The notes beneath the pieces are model-generated. The model was given only the letters and a program-made list of their open reading frames with translations. It was not told the origin of the DNA and did not search any database. Positions 40,004 to 56,459 of a stretch of 64,000 nucleotides of DNA are shown one piece after another. The stretch's first letter is position 1; each line of letters opens with the position of its first letter. The stretch is from the NCBI GenBank assembly GCA_003344405.1, contig NOWV01000193.1, positions 1 to 64,000 on the forward strand, read 5' to 3'. The stretch comes from Trichoplax sp. H2. Its lineage: Eukaryota. The translations under genes were made by a program, and so were the position numbers.

Positions 40004-41298
40004 CTTTACCTGGCTTTGCATACGGTTTTATACTTTACATTTTCAACATGTACAGTACTTACATTCATTGCAGGAAAAATACGATTGGATATGGGTTTGA
40101 ATGGCCTCATATACTGTAGCTTAATAACAGTTGACAAAGACAGGAGTGTCGATAATTATTTTGTTACGATAAGGTCAGCATTCGTCGTAGGGATGGATGA
40201 TTACGGTCATTCATTCCATCGACATCAATTGCACTTACAGCATTATACATATTGTACGTCTAGGTAATAAAAAAATAATACCTATACAGTATTTAAATAC
40301 CTCTACAGGCTGAATCAAGAACCAATTGTACTGTACTAGTCCCTTAAATAGAATATGGCGCAACCCGAACCCGATAAAACCCAATCAAATTGTTGATTTT
40401 GTAACTCGAAATGAGCGCAATCGCGATACAAATACTGTATCAGCACAGAAATTGTTAACCCGAACCCCGCCCTCGAGTCGGGTTTCGGGTTGACTTTTAT
40501 TACGAATCTACCATGAACTTAATATAGAGGTCTTCCTGGTCTGGTCAAGAAGACCTGGACTGAGCAGTGACCACTCTCATGCCGAAAAATGACTTAGTAT
40601 GAATCTTCCGGGTCTGTTCCCTACATCACTGTTACTAATTTAAATAATATTTACGATCTTATAGAACTGTTTCCAAGCAGAACTTTATAACAGATAATAA
40701 GATTCAATGCAATACGAATTACTTAATTTACACTTAGAAAAAATGAATCAATTCCAAAGCCTAGCAAAGCGCTGCACAGAACACTAGTGAACAGCACAGT
40801 ATTTGACACGAAAAAGCCCGAAAATATCTGTCCGTCCAAGAGCGATGAGTCCAGGTCAACTTCTAGCACTGTAGTCTATAGTGGTTTTTAATAGGTAAGG
40901 ACATCAATATCGCACGCCTAGGAAAGGTCTTACTGAGTAAAGTGTGCGTAAAGACAAGATTGAGTTGATAACGACTGACAGCTCATTTTGCATATGTGGA
41001 TTATGCGCAAATCAAATATCCAGACCCTTTCCTGATCTACAGTACTCTAGACTGCACAAGTGCACGTCATACAGTGCGTACACGATGCATGCACATCAGC
41101 ACATGGAGTTTTATCGAAGTTACACTACTGTATACAACAGCAGTTATTACTGTATTGTACAGCGTACACTGTACTGTAGTAAATGCATTACTGCAAGCAT
41201 GCGAAGGCGATCGTTGATTGATCTCAATTATTACTGTATGTATATTGCGAGGTCATTTAGTACTTGTAATACTGTCCTAGAAATAGAAATAGTAAATA

Positions 41299-44143
41299 AT
41301 GCCGAAGTCTAAAAGGAATAAAATTGGTAAGTATGGAGTAAATTGACCTCAACTCTGTACTATAGTCGAATAACGCGAGTTGATAGTGTGACAATGAATG
41401 TTGTTCGCGTATACATATTGCAGAATTTTGAATGCAATGCTGCTGCAGATCGTGCATGATACTCGTCTTGCAGGCCAATCCTTTCCAATGGAGAGGTGAC
41501 TGCTTGCAAGTACTGCAAACACTCTTCGATAGGAATTTACCCAAAGTATGACCATTACCAATTAATTTTTACATTCTGATTTATTTTTACAAAATGCAGT
41601 TTCCTTAACTAAAACCAAAGGAAAGAATTTTGATCATAAGAAAGATTTAATAGAGCAGGTTTGTACAATCATTACTTATAAGTATAAAATGAGATTGATG
41701 CTGAAATTATAATTGCTCATTTTAATGCAAGTTATTACAATTGAAAGTACTTTAGAACACTACTTATCCTGGTGCTACCTTCTTTTAATCTTACTCAACT
41801 CACTACAGTTTCATAATCGGATTTGTGCAATCCTATAGTTGGCTACCCACTGTCTGTTTTGAGAGTAGTTGATCGTATCTGTGCATTACTCTATTTCGTA
41901 CATGTACGCATATAACACTATTTATCCTGCAACTACCTCCTTTTTATCTTACTCAACTTACTGCAACTTCGTAACCTGATTTATGCAATGCTGTAGTTGG
42001 CTACCCACTGTCTGTTTTGAGAGTAGTTGATCGTATCTGTGCATTACTCTATTTCGTACATGTACGCATATAACACTATTTATCCTGCAACTACCTCCTT
42101 TTTATCTTACTCAACTTACTGCAACTTCGTAACCTGATTTATGCAATGCTGTAGTTGGCTACATCTGCCTAGTTTCAGAGTAGTTGATCGTATCGGTGCC
42201 TTACTCTATTTCATACTTGTACGTGTATAACACTATTGATCATGGTGTTTTCTCCTTTTTATCTTATTCAACTTACTGCAATTTCGTTATCTGATTGATG
42301 CAATGCTGTAGTCGGCTACCACTGCCTATAATGAGAGCAGTTGATCGTATCTGTACTTTTTCGTATTGTACATTGTACGTCTTGCAGTTTCGAGATTTGA
42401 AGCTAACTAATACAACGTTATGCGTGAATTCGTGAGTTGGATAACTAACTTACGAATTACGACATAATACTGTAGAATAGAAAAGTTTGAACATTATTGC
42501 AGCATACAGTACTGTATAATAACGTACTAGACGATAATTAAGGATATATTAGATAAACATAAAATTGTAAAACATGTACTGCATATTTTCATGAATCCAT
42601 TTTTTGCCTACGGTAATGTGATTTAGGATGCTTTGGATATTATTATCTACGAAAGATAACTATACGTTCTTACCATTACCTTAAATCTATTTCAGATCCG
42701 AACGTGCGCGGATAATTATCAGCATGCCTTTGTCTTCTCTGTAGAAAATATGAGAAATAACAAGTTGAAAGAAGTTCGGAACTTATGGAAGGACAGCAGG
42801 TATGGTGCAATGTAAAAAGGTTTATTAAATTGTTAATAACTCTACTCATTATGAGACAGAATTAATATAGACTGTACTACTTTCTATGATCTAGCTATTT
42901 TACACCATGTTAATACGCTTGCTTATATGAGCTACTTTTGATACTGCTCAGTGTGCTTAGTTCGATAGCTCTCAATTATGTATATGATCTTTGCTTTTAA
43001 TTAAATTGTTCGATACTGTTGAACAGATTTTTCTTAGGCAAGAATAATATTGCACAAATAGCCTTGGGACGAAGCGTACAAGACGAATACAAGGACGGCC
43101 TTCATCATATAGCCAAGGTAAGTCGAAATAGCAACGAAATAGCTATACGAAATAGGTAATAATTTTAGAGACAGTTACGTACGTATTTGTAACGGTTAAC
43201 AACTAATTTCTTCGTGCCATTAATTTGCAGAAATTAAAAGGAAATGTGGGATTACTATTTACTAACTGCAACAAAGACGAAGCTATTCAGTAAGATGATC
43301 CCGCTTACTAGTTCAAAGCGGTCATCGAGTCATTGACTTAGCGATCGATATTATTTCTTATAGATGGTTCAGTAAATTCGCTGAAAATGACTATGCCAGA
43401 GCTGGATTTGAGGCAACACTGGATGTAGAATTGCCCGAAGGCAAGTCAAAAATTGTATCGACTAATAATAGCGTATGATGTTAAAGCAAAATATCATTAA
43501 ATTTTACAAAAACCTGATCTTAGTCTTATTTTAATGGCATGACGACAGGTCCCATTGATCAGTTTCCTCATTCTATGGAACCGTACCTACGCCAGCTGGG
43601 AATGCCAACATGTTTAAAAAAAGGTCATCTTGTGGACAGTAATTAGTGCTTATTAACTAGCTTCGCCAGATTAATTTTGCTATCTCTTTAGAAATCGACA
43701 TAATAACAGCTATCAATTAGCTATCATTTTTTCATGGAGTTCATATGAGAACTTTATCGATTGCGTAACTATGATTGTTCTTCATTAACTAGGCATAGTA
43801 ACCTTATCCACTAATTATACTGTATGTAAAGTAGGAGATAAGTTAACACCGGAACAAGCCAAAGTACTGGTAGGAATAATAAGACAACGTTAAAATAATT
43901 TATCCGCTCTACGTCTTTATGATAGATGTAGCTGAGATGTAAAATAAATGTAATCATTATTACATATAGATAAGGAATATATGTACATATGATAAATATT
44001 ATGCATTTACAAGGAGATTCTAACATAAAGCGGTAACCGCTTGTTCGTTTGTTTGCTAGAAATTATTCAATATTCCTATGGCTACGTTCAGAGTACAGCT
44101 ACTATCGATATGGTCTGCCGACGGTTTATTTGAAGATTTATAA
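41299..44143 (+). CDS. MRTO4: mRNA turnover protein 4 homolog / ribosome assembly factor Mrt4 (about 9 short exons, not in ORF track)
   Basis: Spliced by eye: [106 protein letters not shown]..|..[30 protein letters not shown]..|[36 protein letters not shown]. Confidence 0.93.
41760..42385. repeat. Tandem array, 157-158 bp unit, about 4 copies, inside MRTO4 intron 2
   Basis: GTGCATTACT at 41881 and 42039, GTGCCTTACT at 42196, GTAC at 42353. AGTTGATCGTATC occurs in all four units. Confidence 0.9.
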
Positions 44144-45217
44144 AATTTTTTCTCAGTAAACATATTTTTTATCTTTTACTTGAATCGACACTAAAAGTAC
44201 AAGATTAATTTTGTGCTTACGAAATTAATAATAAAAAGACAAAATGCATATTTACTATTTGTAAGCTTGCAATTCATTCAGTCAAATATGAAACTTTAGC
44301 TCTGAAGGATTACAAAGATTGCACGTCGAGAATATATTTAGTTTCAATAAATTGTTCTCCAACGCATGTGTAAACATTATGATTTATACTAGTTATCCCT
44401 TTGCCAGCCTACATCACTGATGTCGAAATTATATACATACCATACGCAAAGTGATATTTCCGGAATTGAGTTCGAATTGGATTCCACATTTCACATTACT
44501 TTGCAGTTACTAGCTTTCATTGAAAGTAATGATAACGTAAAATTTGAATTAAATTTATTGAGTTATCATCGAAAATCTTTTGTTATATCTGCTAAGGTGT
44601 AAAATTTATTAGTCAGTCATCGTCATGGTATTATTACATCAAAAATATTTAGTAATGATTCACCAGTGTTTTTATCTTCGAAAATATGGCACTCTGCTAA
44701 TCTTGCGCAGGATCATGCATCAATCAATTATTAATTCTTAACTTAGGTAACTACTGTTTCTATCTATATCTTACTTCTCTAGTTTCAGCAATAGATAATC
44801 CTAGTAACTAGGGTGTGGTTATCAATCAGGAAATGAAGAGTGATCGACTTTTGTTCATCACTTGACTCCAACCCTCACCATATGTTGTCCAAAATGAATA
44901 ATAATAAGGGATATCTTCCAGTTTAAATCAATTCGATTTTAATTTTAATATACAATATATAATTAAAGAGATACAGTTTAACTGCAGTATTGTTGTGTAT
45001 TACTTCGGTACTTTGTATTAAAATTTGGGGAAATCATCTTGCCTAACACTGTAATGTAACCTTGACGGAAGACTTGATATCGCCTTTTTCCCTTTAAAAT
45101 TCCGACAAGTCGATATTAAAATTTGATTCTAACCAATCAATCTTTAATTAATTGATACATTAACATTACAAATTGTAAGTATTGCGGATTTTATATCATT
45201 ATTACGTGTATCTGAAT

Positions 45218-48200
45218 ATGTTTACTGGCCATCAACTAGTTATCTGTTTGCTGATTGCCTTCCAATTTCAAGCGACTATCGGAAATATCAATTGCGATTA
45301 TCAATTCATAAGAAATTCATGCTCATCCTCATCAATAGCATGTAGTCTAGCCAAGCCTACTTGGCGTAACGCACCTGTAAATCATCTGGTTGTATGGTCC
45401 ATTTCCAGTAATGATTCTATCTGTCAAACGCCAAATGCGTGCTGGCAAACTAATATACAAAACTGTAGTTATCCAGAAATACAAATTAAACCGTTAGAAA
45501 TTCAAGATGGCGATAGTGTAAGCTTACAAATTCTGGAAGTGGACAATAGTTCAATCGTAATGAATATTACTAATGTGACTTATTATGACTTTAAACGATG
45601 CTCGGAAAGTTATGGCTTGAATCGATCTGATATCATACTTTCGGGTAATGGCAGCATCGAAATTGATAGTCAAATGCTCAGGCCAGGAATACATTATTTT
45701 GTATCGTTACTGACAGAGAACATTTATTATTGTGGCTTTGGCTATCGTCAAATTATTATAAGTCGTTCTAACGATTGTAGAGCACCAGGTAGTCCAGGTA
45801 ATGTAAAACAGTGTAATGGCCATGGCAGTTGTAATGTAACTAGCGCAGATAATTTTTTAATCCGATGTCAATGTGATAAAGACGCAATCGGTCGTTACTG
45901 TCAAGAATATAATGCTTGCTATGTAAATCCTTGCTCAAACAATGCTAGCTGTCATGACATCCAAGGTGACTTTAATAGCTATGATTATAACTGCTCATGT
46001 CAAGAAGGTTATACTGGTAAAAACTGCTCAGATATCATTGATTATTGCCAATCAAACCCTTGTCAAAATAATAATCCTTGTGAACCCGCATTTAATGGCT
46101 ACAGTTGTCGGTGTTCAATCGCTTATTATGGAACATATTGTGAACTGTATCAAGATTTATGCGTCGTACTGAATAATCCATGTAGTGATAAAGTTGGCTA
46201 TCAGTGCGTTAGCAATCAAGGCTCTTACAAATGTATACGAGGTAAAAGAGTTTTTTTCACATACAATTTATCGGTATAATGCTTTTATTTTGTTTAAGAT
46301 CTCCAGACTTCAAAAATTTGTTCTTTTCAATCAATCCTTACTATACAGTGCATTAATCTCGATTATAGGCATAATAAATTATATTTTAGTTAATCGATAT
46401 CAATAGCTTAAAATCATGATTACTGCGAAATCCAAGTCGTAAAAGAAATAACGATAGAATTGGCAATGATTTATCAATCTATGAATTAGAAAATAGATCT
46501 AGTTTAGTCCACATTGGAATTTGGTTTATTTAATTATGAAGCAATAGCTTCTTAGGCGTTCGTTTTGAGTGAATCATACTTTAATTTTAAAATAGAACAT
46601 AAGGGGATAAAAGAAATAATGGTATAATTGATTTGGAAATAGTGAATCAAATGATTAGAAAGATAAACGTAGTTTTGTTCCGCATTTAAACTTTGACTTC
46701 TTTAATTGTTCGGTAAAATCTTTCTTAGAAGATTATTTGTATCCATAAACATTTCAACAATATCAATCTGGCCTATCTCTCTCTCTATATATATAACAAG
46801 ACAAATAATCAGTATTCTTATAGTATTTTATTAAGCTTAATTTTATTTTAATTAAAGATACATTCAACTATCACGCCTAAATACAATCGCATTTTAATTA
46901 TTATCTTCCTGTCACTGTATCTTATCTTAAAAATGCTTAAGAAAACCACCTTGATGCTCACTCATCGTAATATTTTCTTTCTCTATTACTAATTAATTTA
47001 GTTGCCGTTCCAGTATCCGTACAATTTTATCAAGTTCACCCGTCATGTTCATTTTATCGCAATGTAAGTCGGAAATTCTATCCAAATAGAAATAATACTG
47101 GATAAACTGAACTGTTTAAAAATGTTACCATGTTTATAAAAAAAAAACTCAGAAACTATTAATCGTAATCCTAACCATCGCAATAACAGAGTTTCGATCC
47201 TTATTTACTATATTTACTTTGCTCGTTTTCTTTCTCGTAGTTGTAATAGTAGCTGCTTTCTAAGATACATTATTTTATAGCCTAAATCATTGAACAAATA
47301 TTTTAATTGTTACGTTTTCTTTTAGCTATTTAGAAAATTCGTTATTACATCAGGATACGTCTCAATACAATTTTTGCCCTTTCATAGCGGCCTAAGTTTA
47401 AAGCCATTAGCTTTTTTTCTTAAAAGCATATTTAGGAATCGCAAAATTAGAAGGCCCATTTCGCTAGAATTAAATTACATAACACCTTAGAAATAGTTTA
47501 AAATGTAGCAATAAATTGCTCGTCATGATTTTTAATAACTAATCCTTGTTAATGCAGATTAAAAGAATTTAAAAGTAGTTTTCACGATTTTCTACGACTA
47601 CAAACTGCTTTAACTGTGGTATTTATTCGAAATCTATTGCCATGGCTATTGTTGAGATGGAATATTTACCAAACATGTGCTAATAGCAATATCTTTTATT
47701 TTGCATGTTGTGACTGAAGACTCTTGCGATCTGCTACTTTTACTGCAATATTTAATGAGCTACCGCACTTCCTCTATTACAGAATCCACAGCAGCTATAT
47801 ACCGAAATGATTGCCAATATTCAGAAACATTGTAATTGCAATTTTACGGATGTAGACCTTGGAACTACAAATGATAGCATAACCTGCATATCTGAATCGG
47901 ACATGCTTTATAATGTTACCATGTATTCGGTCAGTAATATTTCCGTAGAGAATTTGCTATGCACTTTTAAGCAATGGACTGGGCCAGGAAGCCGACTAGA
48001 AATTATTGAGCCACAATTATTAGTGTGCTCGATAGAGTATGCAGCCCGCCTAACTAAAACTGAAGAAGCCTTAATTGGCATAGGCGCTGCTGTTTTTTTC
48101 GTCTTAGTCCTTCTTCTATTGGTTTGGATCTTTATGCGCATTCGTCGTAAGTTAGGGGGCTCAAAGTAAGTCGATTTCGAGAAAAATTATTCAAGTTCGA

Positions 48201-49219
48201 CATTCTCTAATTAATCATGAATTGACAATTTAAGATTGAAATGATCATTACCTTACTATAATAGTAATACTATGTTTTTTTAATATTAACATTCCAATAC
48301 TGTTGTCGACTTCATCATCATATCGTAATGATTGATGCTCTTGTAAACCTATGAGATATACCCGTCAATTAGTATAGTACTATACTGCCGTGATAATTCA
48401 GTAATAGAGAAAATTTATTCAGAAGTCTTAAAAATATTTCTGATTTTGCATGTATATCAAACTGATTTATGATAGCATTACAGCTGACATATGCACTAAT
48501 ACTACAAATTCAAGTAAACCAAGTTTTTGACATATTAACTAATTGTCATCTAGTATTATTCTAAGATAGCTCATGTTAATCATTTGAACCAAAATTATAG
48601 TTAAATCCTTTCTGTTAGATGTCTTTAATACAAAGTTTTTTCCGTCTTAAAATTTAATATTATTTGCATATAGGAATATTACATTTTCAATGTGCAAGCG
48701 ATTAAATAGTACGGCAAATATATTCCACAACAATTTGCTTTCCATTAATATCCAATTTAATCTATGCTTTTATTTCTGTTGAGCTATATAAAAGGGCGCA
48801 AACGTACTATAACAACAGCGTTAATCTTAGACTATTAATGAGTAATTACTACCTATAATATTATTTAATATATGTTGCTTTCTCGTTGTAGGTCTGTCCC
48901 AAGACAAACTCATCCGAAAGAGTCGATACTTATTGCAAGAAAAAATTTTTCGGTTACTCCTGCAGTAACCGAATTTGTTTCAGTTCAAAAAAGAAATGGG
49001 AATTCTACAACTTCTGTTGGATTACCCAGTGCTGGCATACTTTCTGGTGCTCATGATAACCCACATCATGAAAACTATGAAATGTCTCATCTAAATAATG
49101 GAAATCATCATGGCAATCAACCAAAAATTACAATTACTCCAGATACCGAAGATGCACCGACTAAACTGCCTGGAAGTCACACCAACAACAATTTTGATAA
49201 CCATGATCGATTAGTTTAA
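45218..49219 (+). CDS. Single-pass membrane protein with signal peptide, EYS-like N-terminal domain, about 4 EGF repeats, TM helix and cytoplasmic tail ending DRLV; exons about 45218-46241, 47002-47063, 47783-48164, 48891-49219
   Basis: Signal peptide MFTGHQLVICLLIAFQFQATIG; EGF repeats (CNGHGSC..CQC..GRYC; NPCSNNASC..CSCQEGYTGKNC; NPCQNNNPC..CRC..YGTYC); TM ALIGIGAAVFFVLVLLLLVWIFM-RIRRK. Splice phases (1, 0, 2) join in frame. Confidence 0.8.
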
Positions 49220-51093
49220 GAATTCCACGTTTACAACTCAGCATACCGTAATTCTAGATATAAGCAATTGGCTTGGAACAGTTTTAGCGGCCAAAATCAT
49301 TTTTAATCATCTTAATTATTTATTTTGTTATGATAATCATAAATGTTGAACTTAGCATTTGTAAAGATGCTGAATAATTAATTATTTTTTAATGCCGATA
49401 TTTTAACCGAATAACCTGTAATATGTGCAGTAAGTAAAGTAAATTAAATTGAAGTCACCGAGAATCACAAAATAATTTTTACTGGTATAACAGCAGTTGT
49501 TACCGAATCTCATGCACAATCGGCATTAATGATAATAGTTTAGCTTGCACTCTGGCAAGTTATGGTTTAGCCCTATATGTATAATTTCAACTAGTATGAC
49601 CAATTTAATGCCAAAATATTCGTTGTACTTTGAGTAACCCTGGCAAATAAGTTTATCACCTAATTTTGATAAGCTATTCATTTGCATAGATTATATTTTC
49701 GAACAGAAATCACGTTAATCGATTGTATATCAATCTAGAATGTAATTTAATCATTTTACTAGTATTATAAAAATTATTAACGTGCATATTTCTGTCCATA
49801 ATCTTCATAAGTCATAGCACATTATTCACGAAGTGTAATAAAAAATCTCTTGAAAAAATTCCTAGAAATGATATTATTGACATTCCGTACGTCATAACTT
49901 TCCTGCTATTTTAGCCAGTTAATAGTGTAAATATCAGTATTACGTCATATGCATCACTGAGTCACTGCAATGGAAAGTACCTTTGAAACGGAAAAAATTT
50001 TCTTGCGCATATTCTGTATCCACTTAAGACAATACAGCTATGAGTTCAGGGAAAATTCTACCGATGACTTAACACGAATTAACAGACACACTTAAGCCAA
50101 ATGGCCAACGCAAAAGGCATACAGTATAAATTGAATTTATGCAGACATAGATATTGTTGCTACTTTGATGTCTGCTGGAAAATGAAACTTAGCCACGATG
50201 ATTTACTGTATTCCTCCCTTCCCATTGTTGCAAGGTAGTAGCTATTTATATTGAGGCAAGCTACAGTTCCTCTTGTCCAGGTTAACGTTAAAACTGTTCT
50301 TTTTATGGTTATTAACAACTACGTTGTTATAGTTAAATAATGATGATCAATTGAACAATTATTTTACCCGTACTGCAACGAGTTCCTAATGCATAAATGA
50401 TTTACGAATTGCAATCATCAGAATAGTGGATGGTCTAAATTTTTTATGTATACCAGATTGGTTTCTAAGTTAATACTACTACTACTACTACTAGCATATT
50501 GAACGAAAGCCACATACCATTTGATAAAGCCTAAGGGCAATGAAATCTTGTATATTTCTAATGACTACGCGGAAATATCAATTAAAGGAACTCTCTTCCT
50601 CCGACATCACATCACAATAGCAACCGTAATAACCTGTAGCATATAGATTAATTCCAATAAATGGCTTCTACTAACTGTACTTTGCTGCTAATAATTATGT
50701 TACGACCAAAGTTACTTTAAAACTCCCGCTATGCAGAATATCCGGGTATCATCATAACCTTTAACGTCAGTGCACTTTCTTAGCAACAAGCCCTAGATGG
50801 TTCATAACTCAACTACTCCGGCCGAGTGTGTCAGATAATAATCACCATACATAAATTTGTAAATTCCATGCAGTACTACCTTTATGGAAATTAAATACTG
50901 TATACATTTCATGAGTAAATAAAAAGTGGGAGCGAACCCACTAACTTAATTTATTACGATTACTAGCAACATAAGCTATTATAATGAGTACAAACCACAT
51001 TCATAGCAAAATTGAGTAGATAATATTAGTCTATAGCAAGGCTATCCTGGCAATCCAAATTTTATACAACAATTAGATGAACTTGTATCCATA

Positions 51094-55181
<4,088 letters not shown>

Positions 55182-55244
55182 TTCTTCCAAAATCAGACAG
55201 ATTTAGCGATCGATGAACTACGCATGCTTATGTAGTACCATTTT

Positions 55245-55340
55245 ATACAGTGTACACTGTACAGTACACGGCAGTACTGTACTGTACTGTACCGTACTGT
55301 ACAGTACAGTACTGTACTGTGTGTGTGTACAGTACTGTAC
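55245..55340. repeat. TACAG/TACTG/TACCG tract upstream of SDHA
   Basis: Directly visible; begins about 65 bp upstream of ATG 55181 on the minus strand. Confidence 0.9.
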
Positions 55341-55909
55341 TTGCGGACCTTGATCTTCTTCTTCTTCGAGTACTCCATGACAGGACTGCATTTTTACCTA
55401 CTTTACTGCCTGAATGGTAGCTAACAGTAATCGCTAATGACAGATAGAGTTGAATTCCTACAGCGAGATCCATTCTACAGACTGCACTGTATTATATAAA
55501 CGTACAGTATGTTCAATTTTGTAGAAAGACCACTAGATTAAAAGGGAGGGACTGTCAACAACAGTTAACTGTTCATGGCGCAGAATGTTTAAGTTGACTA
55601 CTTTACTAGTCATTCGACTGTATCGAAAGACTAATCAGGCACGGTACAACGTGCCTTGCGCAACCAATTTTCGTTATGAAGTGTTTTAGTAACATTTTCC
55701 ATAGCTTGAAATAACGGTCATCATGGTCAAAGTACACACTCAGTGTTATTCGTGCATTTGTGAAGGAGGTGGATGATTATATAGTTGACACTGTCGTGGT
55801 AAAAGAAAACCTCCATGATAGAATTACACTTTGAAACACGAGTAATTTGGTCATGATCCTGTACTCTGTACAGTCTACAGGCCCAGTAGTTGAACTATCT
55901 GCACATACT

Positions 55910-56085
55910 TAGGGTGTCCCATAAGTCTTTCCCGGTGATTGAAATTATATGGAATTATAATTTTAAGTCCTTATTCCATAAATTTGGTATCACTTGATTG
56001 GAAATAAGACGCTTTATCCGAATATGTAATTTAAATTGATATAAAATGAGTTAAAGTTACGAATATTAGCATTTCAAGCCCAAAA
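55910..56085. mobile_element. Probable MITE/Tc1-mariner end fragment
   Basis: Begins TAGGGTGTCCCATAAGT, similar to CAGGGTG-type TIRs (cf. 38143 element); no matching opposite end seen. Confidence 0.35.
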
Positions 56086-56364
56086 TACTTCTATACTATA
56101 CGTGTATGACAGTATTCAGTAACTCTGTACTTTATTATTTACAGTGCAGTCTATTCCCAGTTTCCCACCATGTTATGTAACACTATTAAACGGACAGTAT
56201 CGCACCGGACCGGGTTGCAGATAAATTACGAGCTCTTTGTTGTACTGTACTGTATCGTACCATACCGTATGTGCTGTAGGAGCCTATTGAAGTCATAGCC
56301 ATGATAGAGGCATGGACTATTAAGTTAAAAGAAAGTCTTCTGTTAGAAGTCCTTGCACTGTATA

Positions 56365-56459
56365 CGGCAAGCAATAGTAAAACTTTCTTTTCATTTTTGC
56401 TTTACAGTACTGTATAGCAAAAAAGAAAATAAATAAGAAAGTTTTACTATTACTTGCCG
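56365..56459. mobile_element. 95 bp palindromic TA-flanked MITE with CGG termini
   Basis: TA|CGGCAAGCAATAGTAAAACTTTCTT...AAGAAAGTTTTACTATTACTTGCCG|TA; 25 bp TIR with one mismatch; TACAGTACTGTA lies in the centre. Confidence 0.7.

Noticed and set aside
41760..42385. CRISPR-like regular spacing
   Set aside because: Whole units are repeated without unique spacers, and the context is a eukaryotic intron.
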